From Mobula hypostoma (Eukaryota), in the NCBI RefSeq assembly GCF_963921235.1, contig NC_086098.1:25606001-25670000 (forward strand): a stretch of DNA of 64,000 nt, read 5' to 3'. The notes under the pieces were generated by a model. The model was not told the DNA's origin and searched no databases. It was given only the letters and a program-made list of their open reading frames with translations. Numbering within the stretch: position 1 is the first letter of the stretch; every line of letters starts with the position of its first letter. Below are positions 25,465 through 38,180 of this stretch, in pieces. Made by a program: the position numbers and the translations under genes.

Positions 25465-26882
25465 TTATATAGCTGATGATCAGCTAAATAACAACACTTT
25501 CATTTTTAATTTATAATTCTCAAGTTTTATAAGCTCATTTGAATGAATATTTTCAGCCATCAAGACGGACTTATGAACTTAGCATCAACTTTGTGATGTA
25601 ATACCAAATTTTCTTTAAGAATATTATTTTGTCATAGACCTTGTCTTCTTGGGGAGTGCTGCAGGGGAAAAGTTCACCTATTTAGTTGAGGGTGGACTAG
25701 GATGAGATTTCAATGGCCCACTATGCTGACTTAATTGACCCCCCCCCCCATTGGTGTAACAATTGTGTTGGAAGTTCATTCTGGGGGAATTGGTCCTCTC
25801 TCAGCAGGCTAGATGTGTGATACAGGAGCTCCTCCATGTGAAAAAATTTCATGCCACATGCCGGTGATAATAAACCTGATTCTGATTTTGATACTCCACC
25901 TTCAAACTGAAATAGAAATGAATCTCAGGAGTGCCATGTGACAGAGAGCCGCCATTTCATTTTAGCATTACAAAATGACACAGAATTTCTAGGCTCCTGT
26001 CTTGAAAGATGGAAAATCTGAAGAGCTGAAATTTACATCTACAGAGAAAGAAACAAGATCAAAACGGAAGATCTAAAAGACAATGGCTCTCAAATGGCAA
26101 CAACAGGTGGAGGGAGCATACGTTAATCCTTTCCATCCAAACTAAAAGGTCCTATTGAAAAATAATACGAAGAGTATTACAACCAAATGGAAGTCTCTAT
26201 CGATAAGCACTCCTAAAGAATGGGGGTACACACATTTAGGAATTTACAAAAACCACAGCACAATTTGCCCATATCCAGCTGAGGTAAGGAAGACGGCAAA
26301 AAGGGAATCTGTTCATAGCTGGTCATTAAATATTTTAATGAGACTTGGCGCTTCAAACATAACTTTCTTTAATTATTTATTCCAGCTTTACCAGACATTG
26401 GAAAAAATTAACAACCAAAGTAAAATGAAGCTATCTTCAGGGAGGAGATGAAGCATTCTTGTGAGCCTGTTAGACAAGATGCATTTCCTGCTTGGGCCCT
26501 GTTTTCTTACCACTAGATACACATTTAATAGAATGACTCTCTGGTCGTGATAGATATCAGACACCTGGAACTTAGCATAGGTTGCACCCAGCCTAGTACC
26601 CCACCTCCACAACAATACTTGACCCTTAAACCGCATCCTGCAGGAGCTCTGGCAGTAGAGCATGGTGACAGTTTATTTGTTTCAGGACTTCAAAGTTACT
26701 TAAACATTAACCAGATACATAAAAATCTATTATTGATGTTGATAAGCTACATCTTATCTTCATTCATATTAATCATGTAAAATTACCTGGTTTAAATATA
26801 GAAAGTATTACTAAAATCACGTTGTAAAATTATTCATGTAAATGATTGCATTATTACTTAATATTTAAAACAATCACATTAC

Positions 26883-26951
26883 CTCTTGAGATTGTTGGGA
26901 CTTCTTTTCAGATTTTTGAAGATCTTTACTTCCACGTCGTTTTAATGAAGA
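26883..26951 (-). CDS. SOGA3: SOGA3/MTCL3 69-nt coding exon
   Basis: tttcccttgcag|SSLKRRGSKDLQKSEKKSQQSQE|gtaatg; phase 0/0; matches the SOGA3 LKRRGSKDL motif. Confidence 0.93.
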
Positions 26952-28007
26952 CTGCAAGGGAAATGAAATCACATATCCTGATTGTAATTTATTAATTTAA
27001 CAATTTATGCATGCAAAAATATGTTATTGCTTGCCGTAACTAATTGGACATCTATATAAATCCATTGTAGCTCCTCCAGCATCGGCGTTAGAAAAGTTCA
27101 TTCAAATCCACTAACTTGGTTTCAATGCAACTTGCAAGGTTCAATGCTAACATAATTTAGTTTTCAAGTCCTGTTGTCAAGCTACACAATGAACTTTACA
27201 TCTCTAAGTTTGTGATTTGATCAAGTATATGTTTTATTTACACTTCATAATTTTATTTATACAGTAATTTGTTATATATCACTTTCAATGAGTGCAAAAA
27301 GCATTTTATTGAAAGCTTTCAATACCTGTTATGTGTGCAATTAGAGCTGTGATGCAGGTTCTCAAGGCTAACGCTGTTATATGGTGCACAGCAACTCTCA
27401 CATCTATCAGTTTATCACACATACATACCATAATTTTGGCTGATAAGTTTCCAATTAGAAGGATTTCTGTATTTTCTTCAGAACTTAGTGACAAACTTCG
27501 ACCGAGAGCTGAGCTTAGCCAGTTTTAGGCTCAGCACGTTTGATAACTGAGTCTTACTTAAATGACACTGGTTCAGAGGGGTTGCAGAATAAATGGTAGA
27601 ATAAATAAACTATCAAAGGGGAGAATGTTAACCAGGAAAGAAAATCTGAAGTGAACCCAAACCAACAGCTGAGTTAGCACTGCTGTTTCACACTACTATT
27701 AGAATGTAAGATAATGCTCTTGTCAAAGAAAGGACAGATTATTGACTGCAAATCTGCTTTTATAGGTTCACCGAGGTCGGTGTGAGATGGAAAGAAGAGG
27801 TGTATAGGCAAAGAAAAAAACAAAGAAGGCAAAAAGAAAAAAATGTTTTATTAATTCTATTTCAGAAAAATAGCTGAAGACAAATGATTATCTCACCATG
27901 TTCTTGACGAAGGATTTTTTTTGCACTGATGAACGTAGATCGATATACACAAATGGAAATACGAAAATAGGTAAATATTTGACTTTTTTCCATCGAAATA
28001 ATATTTT

Positions 28008-28319
28008 GATAGTGTTGGCGCGTGGCCAAGTGGTTAAGGCGCTCGTCTAGTGATTTGAAGGTTGCTAGTTCAATCCTTGGCTGAGGCAGTGTGTGTGTCC
28101 TTAAGCAAGGCACTTAACCACACACTGCTCTGCGACAACACCGGTGCCTAGCTGTATGGGTCCTAGTGCCCTTCTCTTGGACGACATCGGTGGCATGGAG
28201 AGCGGAGACTTGCAGCACGGGCAACTGCTGGTCTTCCATACAACCTTGCCCAGGCCTGCGCCCTGGAAACCTTCCAAGGTACAAATCCATGGTCTCATGA
28301 GACTAACAGATGCCTATAT
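28008..28319 (+). mobile_element. tRNA-headed SINE with CORE-like segment and RTE-like 3' tail; 10-bp TSD
   Basis: A box tggccaagtgg, B box gttcaatcc, CORE-like gtgtccttaagcaaggcacttaacc; TSD ataatatttt at 27998-28007 and 28320-28329. Confidence 0.85.
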
Positions 28320-30393
28320 ATAATATTTTAAGACCACCTAGATCTATGTGAAATAAGCAGCTTTGAAGGCTCAGCAGTATGGGTTAAGGAAGTAAGGAAA
28401 TCAATTGAACAGAGAGCACTACTACCTGGGAGGGTGAGTGACAGTCAGTAGGGAGTTGATAAAGGAACAAGAGAGAGTTAAGTCACAGGAGAAACATAGG
28501 GCTTTATGTATTTTTCGAGAAGAGAGTAGATAGTCGGTAGGAAATGGAATGGACAATCAGATAGTGTAAAGTTGTAGATGGGATTAGTGGATCAAGAATT
28601 AAAGGATCATGGGATCAAGTCATGAATGATTTGAGAGGGAACAGGAAGAGAACTTCATGATCAGGCTTTCTCCAGTAATCACAAGACTCTTACGACCTCC
28701 AGCCAAATGACAGCAAGCAGTTGAATCACTTTTTAAACTGAAAGGAGATCAAGTGCAGTTCTGCTGACAACTTAGCATGCAATCTTTTACCTTTAAAAAA
28801 AATATTCTCTCCATCCCCAACAGAATATGAAAGCACAATTGTTGTGTGTTTATAGACATAAATCAGTCACTTAGAATAAAAGTTCTGATGATTTGATTGC
28901 ATTTCTTTGAAAGACTTTGTGAAACAAAATCAACAAATCTTTCAAAATGTCACAAACTAACAGAATTCTAAACATCATCACCTAGTGATACAGACTTACA
29001 AACTACACTGAAAGTTCTTCTACATATATATCTGAGATAAAAATATCCAACTAGGTCCCAAGAGACAGGGTTGCAGCTTCTTGAGAAAAACTTCAAAAGA
29101 AAGTGTAAAAAATGTGTGGGGGGGGGTGGTGAAAACAGTGAAGGTAATAATTTTCTTCTTTAAACTGTAGGCAAAATGTGTGAACTTTTAAATATAAAAT
29201 TACATACTTCATTTAAAAGGAGAAGTGAAAAGAATCCAATTGAAGAGTTACTAACTCTATCCCAACCTACCACCTGGTGACCAGAGCAAGAAACTACAGG
29301 AATGTTAATCCAAATCACTGAAATCTCTTTTAATCCAGCAGGTTTGGGATGCTGGTAGTGCCAGATCAGCTGATTTTGCGGCTTACTGGATAACGGTTCG
29401 TGAATACAGGGCACCCCGGGTTACAAAAGACCTGATTTACAGAAACTTGACAAGATCTCCCCTAAATTTTTAAATCATTTTTCAAGATATGAAACTTACA
29501 GAAATGCAGATACCTTCAGGAGTCGTGGGATAGGGCATAAACTATACTTAATCCTGAAGAAAAACAGACACTATTGTTTTTAAGAACTCTGCTACCAGTT
29601 CACAGTGGGAGGCTATCTTAGAGGTTTGCATTGGAAACAGACCAAATTAATCTCTCTATTAACACCTATCAAATAATTGATCAAATGAGTAATATCCATC
29701 AATCCTTTGGACCTGGGGCATTCTGATTGTGTACCACTGCAACCATAGAGGGGAAGACAATAAATAATTTTTCATGTTAATTGACTCTCAATGGAATTGT
29801 TCATTACTCACATAATGGAAACAGTTTATAGAGAGTTATCAGGATTGGAACCACTGCCTGCACTTTAATATACCTTTAATTTACTTTTGTTTTTTTAAAA
29901 AAAGATGTTACGCAATACCAAGTTATTTTAAAGCATATACAGGAACCAGGGACAAAGCAAATGGATAGCAAGCATCATCTGCTGAGCCAGGTGCCAAACT
30001 ATGGACAGACAATAGTTTTACCATCTGTTTTAGATAACAGCTTATCAGTAAACATGGACCAAATTAATATTAAAACACTGATAGACAATACATACAAAAG
30101 GAACTCAAAGTATAACGATAGTATAAAATATCTAAATATCGAATACCTCCTAATATTTTACCATTTCTTTCTCCTTATGTATTTTATTCACTTTATCAAT
30201 CCCATGCACATACATACAGAAAAATTATTCGCAGTATTATTTTTAAGTGCTTTAGATAATTTTGCCATTTTAAAATAAATATTCAAATTCGTACCAAACA
30301 AATTCTTTTGTTACCAGACTATGCGGAATAATCTACCATAAAATAACAAAAGCAAGAAGAACCAGAGAATGTATTTACTAAACTCCATTAAAG

Positions 30394-30472
30394 CAGGGGT
30401 TCCCAACCCTTTTTATGCATGAGCCCCTACCACTAACCGAGGGTTCTATGGATGCCATTTTGGGAACCCCTG
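30394..30472. mobile_element. ~80-bp hAT MITE
   Basis: TIRs caggggttccca/tgggaacccctg; 8-bp TSD cattaaag/cattaagg. Confidence 0.85.
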
Positions 30473-31611
30473 CATTAAGGAGTAGATAGTCCTCAATTAA
30501 CAATAAGGGAAAACTATTTATATCAAATAGAATGTATGCTGTGGAAAGAAATGTAGGATATATAGACAGAATACTTTAGTTTCTATTATATTATAACAAG
30601 TAACTATGCAGTAAACGTTAAGGTCTTCCAATCAGCTATTTAGTGACGCTATTTCTATTTGTGATCTTCTACTCCGAGAGATGTTCACACTGGCACCTGA
30701 AAAGGATGGATTTGACCACATACATTTGATTTTCATTATCACTGACAAGGAAACAAATAAAAGGGTTTATTTTCAAAATTTGAACTTAGAAACAATAGAG
30801 AACTACAGGACGTACAAATAAATTAAAGGCAGTAAGATTTCCACTGCTGGCTTTAGTAATAACTAAATTATTGAAAGATAATAGTGGCAGCTGCTGGATC
30901 ATAAAATCCTGTACCAATGACCTCAACAGAATTAGTCACAACAATAATGGAGATGGAGCAGTAAGGATCAAAGCAAATTTTTACCCGATGCCTCCAAGTT
31001 TCTACAGAACATACTTGAGACACAGCTAGAGGCAGTTTGCTACAAGGGCTACGTTACTATAAAATGTAACTATTTATGTTTTACAGATCTCTTTTTGCAA
31101 AAGACAAAAACTAAATAGTAGCCTGCTTACAGTATAAATACAAAACAATGGCATTTAATTTGTTGTTTTTTCTAAATTTCAATTCACCCCAAAGTACTTC
31201 ACTATTAAATAATTTGTGCAGTTACAGTGAGCAGATGATTTGTTTTTGTGATAACGTCTGAATGACAGGTTTTAAATATTAGAGGGATCAAGGGATATTG
31301 GAACAGTTCTCGAAAGGTGTGTTGAGGTAAAGGATCAGTTGAAATCTTTTTAAATGGCGGAGCAGGCTCAAGGAGCTGATTAGTCTGTTCCAGCTTCTGT
31401 TCTTCTGGTTGATTACTAGGGTTGGTCAGAGTACTGGGGGGGGGGGGCATTCCTTTCCTTCAACAGAGTGATATGGGTTCTTTTGGAACTACGTAAGGAG
31501 TACCAGCAGGAATTTGGATTAACGCCTAGTTTAAAAATAAGTTATCAGTTGCTCTTTATATAACTGCCCATTTTTCATCATTTTGCATTGACACTGCACC
31601 ATACTTTAGGA

Positions 31612-31807
31612 CGGGGTGGCCAACCTTTTACATCCCATGCGTTAATTTTTTTTCACCCACAAGTTCCGATGCGCCATGCAACTTTTGTACCCCCATTCAA
31701 TTCTTGTAAAAATATGTTAATATAGAACTCGTGCGTAAAAAAAAATCGCAACTGAACTGGTGCGTGAAAAAACTGACACATGAAATGTAACAGGTTGGCC
31801 ACCCCTG
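31612..31807. mobile_element. hAT MITE
   Basis: TIRs ggggtggccaacct/aggttggccacccc; perfect 8-bp TSD ctttagga. Confidence 0.9.
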
Positions 31808-32444
31808 CTTTAGGACAAGGCGAGGTACCTCAAGCAGAGGCCACAAACTGAAGGCTGTGTTCATATGCTCCTGTGTTGCTGCATTATCCGCTCAAGCCAC
31901 TACAGTGACAATTAAATGACTCCACTGTAACAGTTCTACCTTCAGCCAGAGTGAATGAACAGACTCATGCCTGAGTAAACCGAAGACAGGACAACTGGTT
32001 TAGCCACATCACGGAGAAGTACAGTACAATAAAAAAAAATTGGATTTAAAGGTCTGAATATAGATTAAAAATGGGAATTTATGTAAAGGTAATGTAAATT
32101 AAGTGGTTATGAATTTAGATGATTAAAGAGTTGAGAGTACATCACTGGTGAATTCTAACAATATCAAAAATTGTCCATACTGGAAACCTGCAATGAAAAC
32201 TTAAAAGGCTAAAAGCAGACATTGTTTGTGGAAACAAGTACAGAATTCACCATCAGAAATTTTGAGAACCAGAATCTCTACAGTGACACTGACAAGTCCT
32301 TTAAGCAACAGTGCCACTCAGTGATCTCTTGCCTACAGAACAGCTTGAGATGCCTTGCCAGGAATTCCAAGCCCTCCTGAACAGCAATGGTGGACAGGAG
32401 TGAAAATAGCAAGCTATCACTACGCACTTTCTCTGATTTGTTTG

Positions 32445-32700
32445 CCTGTTTGTTTTACTGAGCTACAACGCGGAACAGGCCCTTCCAGACCTTCGAGCCG
32501 CACTATCCAGCAATCCCCTGGCCTAATCACAGGACAATTTACAATGCTCAATTAACCTACTTTTGGATTGTGTGAAGAAACCTGAGCACCCGAAGAAATC
32601 CATGCAGCCACGGGGAGAGAGTACAAACAGGCAGCAGCGGGAATTGAACCCGGGTCGCTGGGACTGTAAACCGTTGTGCTAACCACTGCTCTACCGTTCT
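32445..32700 (-). mobile_element. V-SINE
   Basis: Same architecture as 3870-4155 (gaaacctgagcacc; gggaattgaaccc B-box complement). Confidence 0.7.
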
Positions 32701-33569
32701 GTAAGCCAGTAAGACACAGGAGCCCAATAAGGCCATTCAACCCGCTGAGTCTGCTCTGCCTTTTCATCACGGCTGACTGATTACCCCTCTCAGCACTTCT
32801 GTACTTCTGCAGGGAAAGCGCAGAACCTCTGCAAACTTCAGTTGCTCTCAACAGCCCAGAAGAGAAACAAAATAAGGAGAAAAAATATCAGCAACAATAG
32901 CAAACGTGCCAAGATGTTACTGAATCTGAGAGTTTCAGTATAAAGTAGTTCTTCTATTATAAATAGATACGTTCCAGTTAGAGTTCATTAATAATAATAA
33001 CACGAAGCAGGGGGAATTTTCAGCAGGTCAGTTTCATCACATCAGGCGAAACATAATTCACTTGGAGTTTTATGTTACCAGAAGAATATTTTCAACACAC
33101 TCGTTTATATTTCGTATTTGGAATACAGTATTTTGTGGTGGTGTATTTACCTTTAACCCTTTAGTAATTGGTCTTAACATGTTAGTGCTACAAAGCTCAA
33201 GTATTTAAACCCAAATCACCCTCAAAAGTAATACGTGCTTCAACCAAAAAGTGAGAGATCACAGGGAGAGTCGAAGGCCCAACTATTATTGGGCGCATAC
33301 AATTCTAACACACAATGCAATTAAAACAATGAAAGATTAGAAGACCAATTATGCCAATGATAAGGAGACACAGCAGTTGGCAATAGTAAATTGCTAATTA
33401 ATAAATCTGGGAGTCCATAGCGTTACTCTCATTAGCATCTTATTATAAAATCCCAATCTGTTGCACTAAGGTCTGATGGGGAACAAACTCTTTATCGTTC
33501 TCTGATGTGGACAAGGAAGCTACTCAGTTATGCAGATTGGTTACCTTCTTCAGCAGCTGTTAGGGAGAT

Positions 33570-33878
33570 TGGCTTTATTTGTCACATGTACATCAAAAAA
33601 ACAAAATTATACAGTGAAATACATCGGTCGCATCTATGTCAAGCGGGCAGTCCGCAAGTGTTGCCATGCTTCTGGCGCCAACATAGCATGCCTACAACTT
33701 ACTAACCCCTAACCCATACGCCTTGGGAATATGGAAGGAAAACAGAGCACCCAGAGGAAAACCCGCTCAGTCACAGGGAGAATATACAAACGCTTTACAG
33801 GCAGCAGTGGGAGTTGAACACCGATCAGTGATCGCTGGCGCTGTCAAATGTTGCACTAACTGCTAAGCTGCCATGCCA
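33570..33878 (-). mobile_element. V-SINE-related element
   Basis: ggaaaacagagcacccagaggaaaaccc V-domain complement; tRNA-like head near 33870. Confidence 0.65.
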
Positions 33879-34345
33879 CACCTCAGGGCAGCTCATCATC
33901 ATCTTCAAAGAAGGTCTGGTAACCCTGCCTACATTTCTCACATCCAGCAAGTTAATACATGCCAGTTTAGAGCTGGAAGTAATACAGAGCAGTTCTGTTC
34001 TATTTTGGCAGTAACGGGGAGCTGTGTGAAGCAACAGATTAGACTTGAACTTTACAATTCCAACATAGATTCAAATCACCATCATAGGCTGTTAGAATGA
34101 GCCCTCACTCTCTGCTCATTGCAAAAGTTCAATTCGGGATGAGCTCAGGCACTTCCTTGCACACACAAGTCACCAGTGCAGTTATACAAAATTTGATGCT
34201 AACTGGCATTGTTATTCAAATGATAGCTGGTGAAGAAAATGAAAAATTGGCACATTAGCACAAGGTGTATTTCTAAGGTTTCTGAGACAGAAAAAAGGCT
34301 TTATTTGATAAATGCAGCAAGGAGGATACTCGAAGGAAGATACCA

Positions 34346-35717
34346 TCTATATACTACTAAAACTCTCATGCTCTCTCTGTCTGTTTGTGACCTCCAATTA
34401 GCGCAAACAGTGCATTACAGCAGCACTTTTTTTGGCTAAATTGAATTAAAATGCGCTAACTTACAGAATGCAAGCAAAGTGCAGGGTTATATATTCGTAT
34501 AAAATTGTTTATTCGCCAAAAATCAACAGGCTGCCTTTCACCCGAGACCCGATCGAGCATCATGGAAATCGGGACGCCACAGCCCGACACATGCGCACGG
34601 CCAGCCTCAGCAGCTTGGAGGCTTTGGTGTTACTGCTTCCTATCTTCTATCAAGCATTAGGGCAAAAATATATGGATAGCCTAATTATGTCACGTGGAAA
34701 GAGAAGGGAGACATTACGGTCAAGAGATGACGCCATACGTCGTTGGGAAGCGGCAAGGAGTGGGAGAGAACAAGAATCGGATGAGGCCAGGGCCACACGA
34801 CTACAGGATCAAAGAGTCAGGACAAAAAAGATGAGACGGAGGAGGACAGGCATACACGTCTCCAAAATGACAACTATAGGCACAGACGGAGGAGAGAACA
34901 AGAATCCAATCAGGCCAGGGCCACACGACTCCAGGATCAGAGAGAAAGAACAAATAGTAGAAGAGATGAAGAGATGAAGGATGAAAGGGATGCATGTCTC
35001 CAGAATGACAAAAACAGGCAGAGGAGGAGGAGAGAGGAAGAGATAGAAGAGAAAAGGAAAGATCAACTTGAGAATATGCGGCACGAGTAATTATTGCGAG
35101 AGTTGCTGAAGACGACAATGGCCGCTTTTGACAGCAATACCTCGACATAGGAAGAGCAAGGCAAAATGCACGACTCGCATACCGTCACATTTCTGCTGAT
35201 GTTGGTTCGATGACCAGAGTATGCCCCTACTGTCGTGCCTTCCTATTCACTGGAGAAACCGCACATTTCTGGTGTATGAAGAGAAAGGTCAGGGTAGGCA
35301 ATTTGCAGCCTCTACCTAATGAACTCCTCAATTTGTACAGCAATGATGATCCTATTGCAAACGAGTTCAGGAAGAACATCAGACAATGCAATTGCCTCTT
35401 CCAAATGACATCCTTTGGTGCCAAAGAAGTCATTCCAACTAGGAATTGATGGAATCCTTCTGTGATTATTCAAGGCCAAATCCATCATTACATCGGATAT
35501 TTAATTCCAGACCCAACCCAGCAAGCCCGATTCCTTCAAATTTACTTCATAGATATTTAATGTTCATTCCGGTCACATATTTGTCTTGCTATGCGTCTCT
35601 CTTCTTTAATAAACTGAGTTTTTCTTCTTTAATTTCCAAATCAAAGAGATAGCAATAGCATTCAGGAAAATTTAATGTTCATTCTTGTCACATCAAAGGG
35701 TCACCCTGTTGTCTTAT
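34346..35717 (+). mobile_element. Helitron, internally deleted (RepHel N-terminal remnant)
   Basis: 5' end A|TCTATATACTACTAAAA; translation CPYCRAFLFTGE..C..KV..L..LP..EFRKNIRQ.N.LFQMTSFG then IQGQIHHYIG..FLQIYFID, typical of the RepHel N-terminus; 3' end approximate (gggtcaccc hairpin, no clean CTRR). Confidence 0.85.
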
Positions 35718-35741
35718 CTTGATAAAAGGAAGCCAAATGAA

Positions 35742-35990
35742 GTTCAAAGTACATTTATGGTATTATCAAGGGATGTATACATTATACAACCTTGAGATTC
35801 GTCTCCTTACGGGCAGCCACTAAACAAAGAAACCAAAAGAACCCATAAAAAAGACCAACGAACACCCAATGTGCAGAGAAAAAAAAAGATTGTGTGAACA
35901 ATAAAAATAAGCAAATAGCATTTAGAACAAAAGCGAGTCCACAGACACAAAATATTGAGCAGCCCGAGCAGGCCACAGACTGAGCCTCAA
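35742..35990 (-). repeat. Unclassified retroposon 3' fragment
   Basis: Reverse-oriented LINE-like tail (ttcaaagtacatttat..) similar to the tail at ~3530-3595. Confidence 0.45.
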
Positions 35991-38057
35991 AATCCTCAAT
36001 TTCCAGCAAAATTAAAAAACTGTGCAGTCCTGCTATTCATAAATCAACATAAATCCATGATCAGTGGTATCAAAAAAGTTCAATTTATTAATTCTATCTT
36101 TATTATATTTAATATGGAAAATAGTATTTAGTGAAATCACCTCTTTTGACTTGAAATGCAGCAATACGATTTTTTCCACACTTTTCAATGCTGTGTTGGT
36201 TGATATAGTTCAAATATTGTTCCTAGATCATTTGGGTAGTACAACACCCAAACAAAATCTGAACTATTTCAAATTATGCTGATGATACAAACAGGAAAAT
36301 TTCAATAAAACTCAAAGAAATCAAGGTTAATCAGTTATACAGCAGTTAATTTTAATAAGTGCACTTTTAAATCAGCAAATAGTTGTAGCTTTAGTACAAG
36401 GCAGAAGGAGGAAAATGTGGACAGTACGATCAATTGGTCTTTAAGTGCAGCTCAATAAGCCAAGACAGTGATCAAGCACATTAAGTTGCCTTGCCAAAAA
36501 TCTAAAATACGAAGCCAGTGCCACAGCGTGAACTCAGTATAAGGTGAGGTATTACGTTTAAATTTCCAACAGTTAAACTGATGAAAACTGCGACAAGGGT
36601 GATTTCTAAAAAGCAATTAATGTGCTTTAAACACCCATCTAGATGGCTAATATTAATCTTCAAGATGGAAGTGCAGGATGGGAGTAGAAATAGCCGAGAT
36701 TAATAATGATAACAGTGACAGCTAAATGGATTTAAGGAACTTAGAACTGTAAAGAGCTTTTTTATATATATAAATCATTAGGATTTATATTAGATTGGTT
36801 GGATTGGATAGAAAAGGGAGAAAATGAGAGAGCTAGAGAGTGATAAGTTAAAAATTAACAAAACACTCAATAATATTTAATTACCTCAGTAAATAGGGTG
36901 CCCCATGGTTTGTATGGATCTACAAAACTGTTTAAAACTAAATTATAAATTATTCCGGTGCAGAACATTAATAGGCCTTAACTTCACTGACGTAAAGATG
37001 ATTTATATTCATTTCTTCCACCAAGATGTGACCAATACTGACTAAACTACACATATCACACATCACTAACTCCACGATAGTGGCAATGGTGTTCCCAAAT
37101 GATTTTATACTAAGTTTCTCTCTTCAGCTTGATGACAACGATCATTTAACGGTCTATTTGTTGTTTTAGCTAGCAGGAAGTGCAAAGCTGAAAAACAGTG
37201 GAATTATGGCAGTAAGCTAGTGCAGGCAACCGGATCTGCATCCAAACAGCACTGGTAGCATTTGTTTCCTTCTGCAGTGCCAATTTACTTCTAAAATAAA
37301 ACAATGTTTAGTTATCTCTACCATCTATGCCCTGATAATTTCCTACATAACAAATTTATCAAATCTCATTTATAAATGTACTAACATACTGAATTTTGTT
37401 TCAGTGAATAACATGCAAATTATTTAAACAATGAATCGGAGTTTGAGGATAAAAATGCAAAAAAAGATCACTTTCACACATCAGCACTTAAATTCTATGG
37501 CACCTGCAGTTTGGTATTCATTTTCAATGCTAGCATTGGTAGATAAATGCAAAGATCAGCACCCAGGTTTTAATTTTTAGCATTAACCCACATGTCAGGT
37601 TTTTATCTCAGCAGTTCATTCCCAACTCCACTATACTCCCCATCAAGCATTTGAAAGGCTGTTAATTATCTGCACGTTGTTCTCCTGCACTCACCAGCTG
37701 GCATGTCCAATAAAGCAGCAGAGAGAGATGAAAAGTGCAGTGGAAGCAACAGAAACAAAATAAAGGAAATTGATGAAGTCAAAGTGGGGAGATACAAGGC
37801 TATAAGAGTAAATATAAACTGTATTGAGAAAAGCCAACATGAATAAATATAAGCTGTGTTGAGATGAAAAATAAATGAAGAGTGAAAGTAGGAAGTCTAA
37901 AACTAAACTTTGAATGATAGTAAGAGGCAGGTGTGTTAAAAGCAGAAATGGAGACAATGAAGCACAATACCGAAGGAGACTGAAAAAGACATTTTGTCGA
38001 CTTACCACTACCAATATCTTCAACTAGACAGGCATCAAAGGCTGAGAAGCAAATCAT

Positions 38058-38180
38058 AAACATGAGAGATTCTGTAGATGCTGGAAATCCAAAGCAACAT
38101 ACACAAAATGCTGGAGGAACTCAGCAGGTCAGGCAGCATCTATGGAAATGAATAAACGGCCGATGTTTCGGGTCGAGATC
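38058..38180 (-). mobile_element. Penelope terminal fragment, truncated inside the hammerhead motif
   Basis: gatgctggaaatccaaagcaac..gctggaggaactcagcagg..tgtttcgggtcgaga. Confidence 0.75.

Noticed and set aside
28015-28090. tRNA-like sequence with A and B boxes
   Set aside because: It is the head of a TSD-flanked SINE; there is no complete cloverleaf
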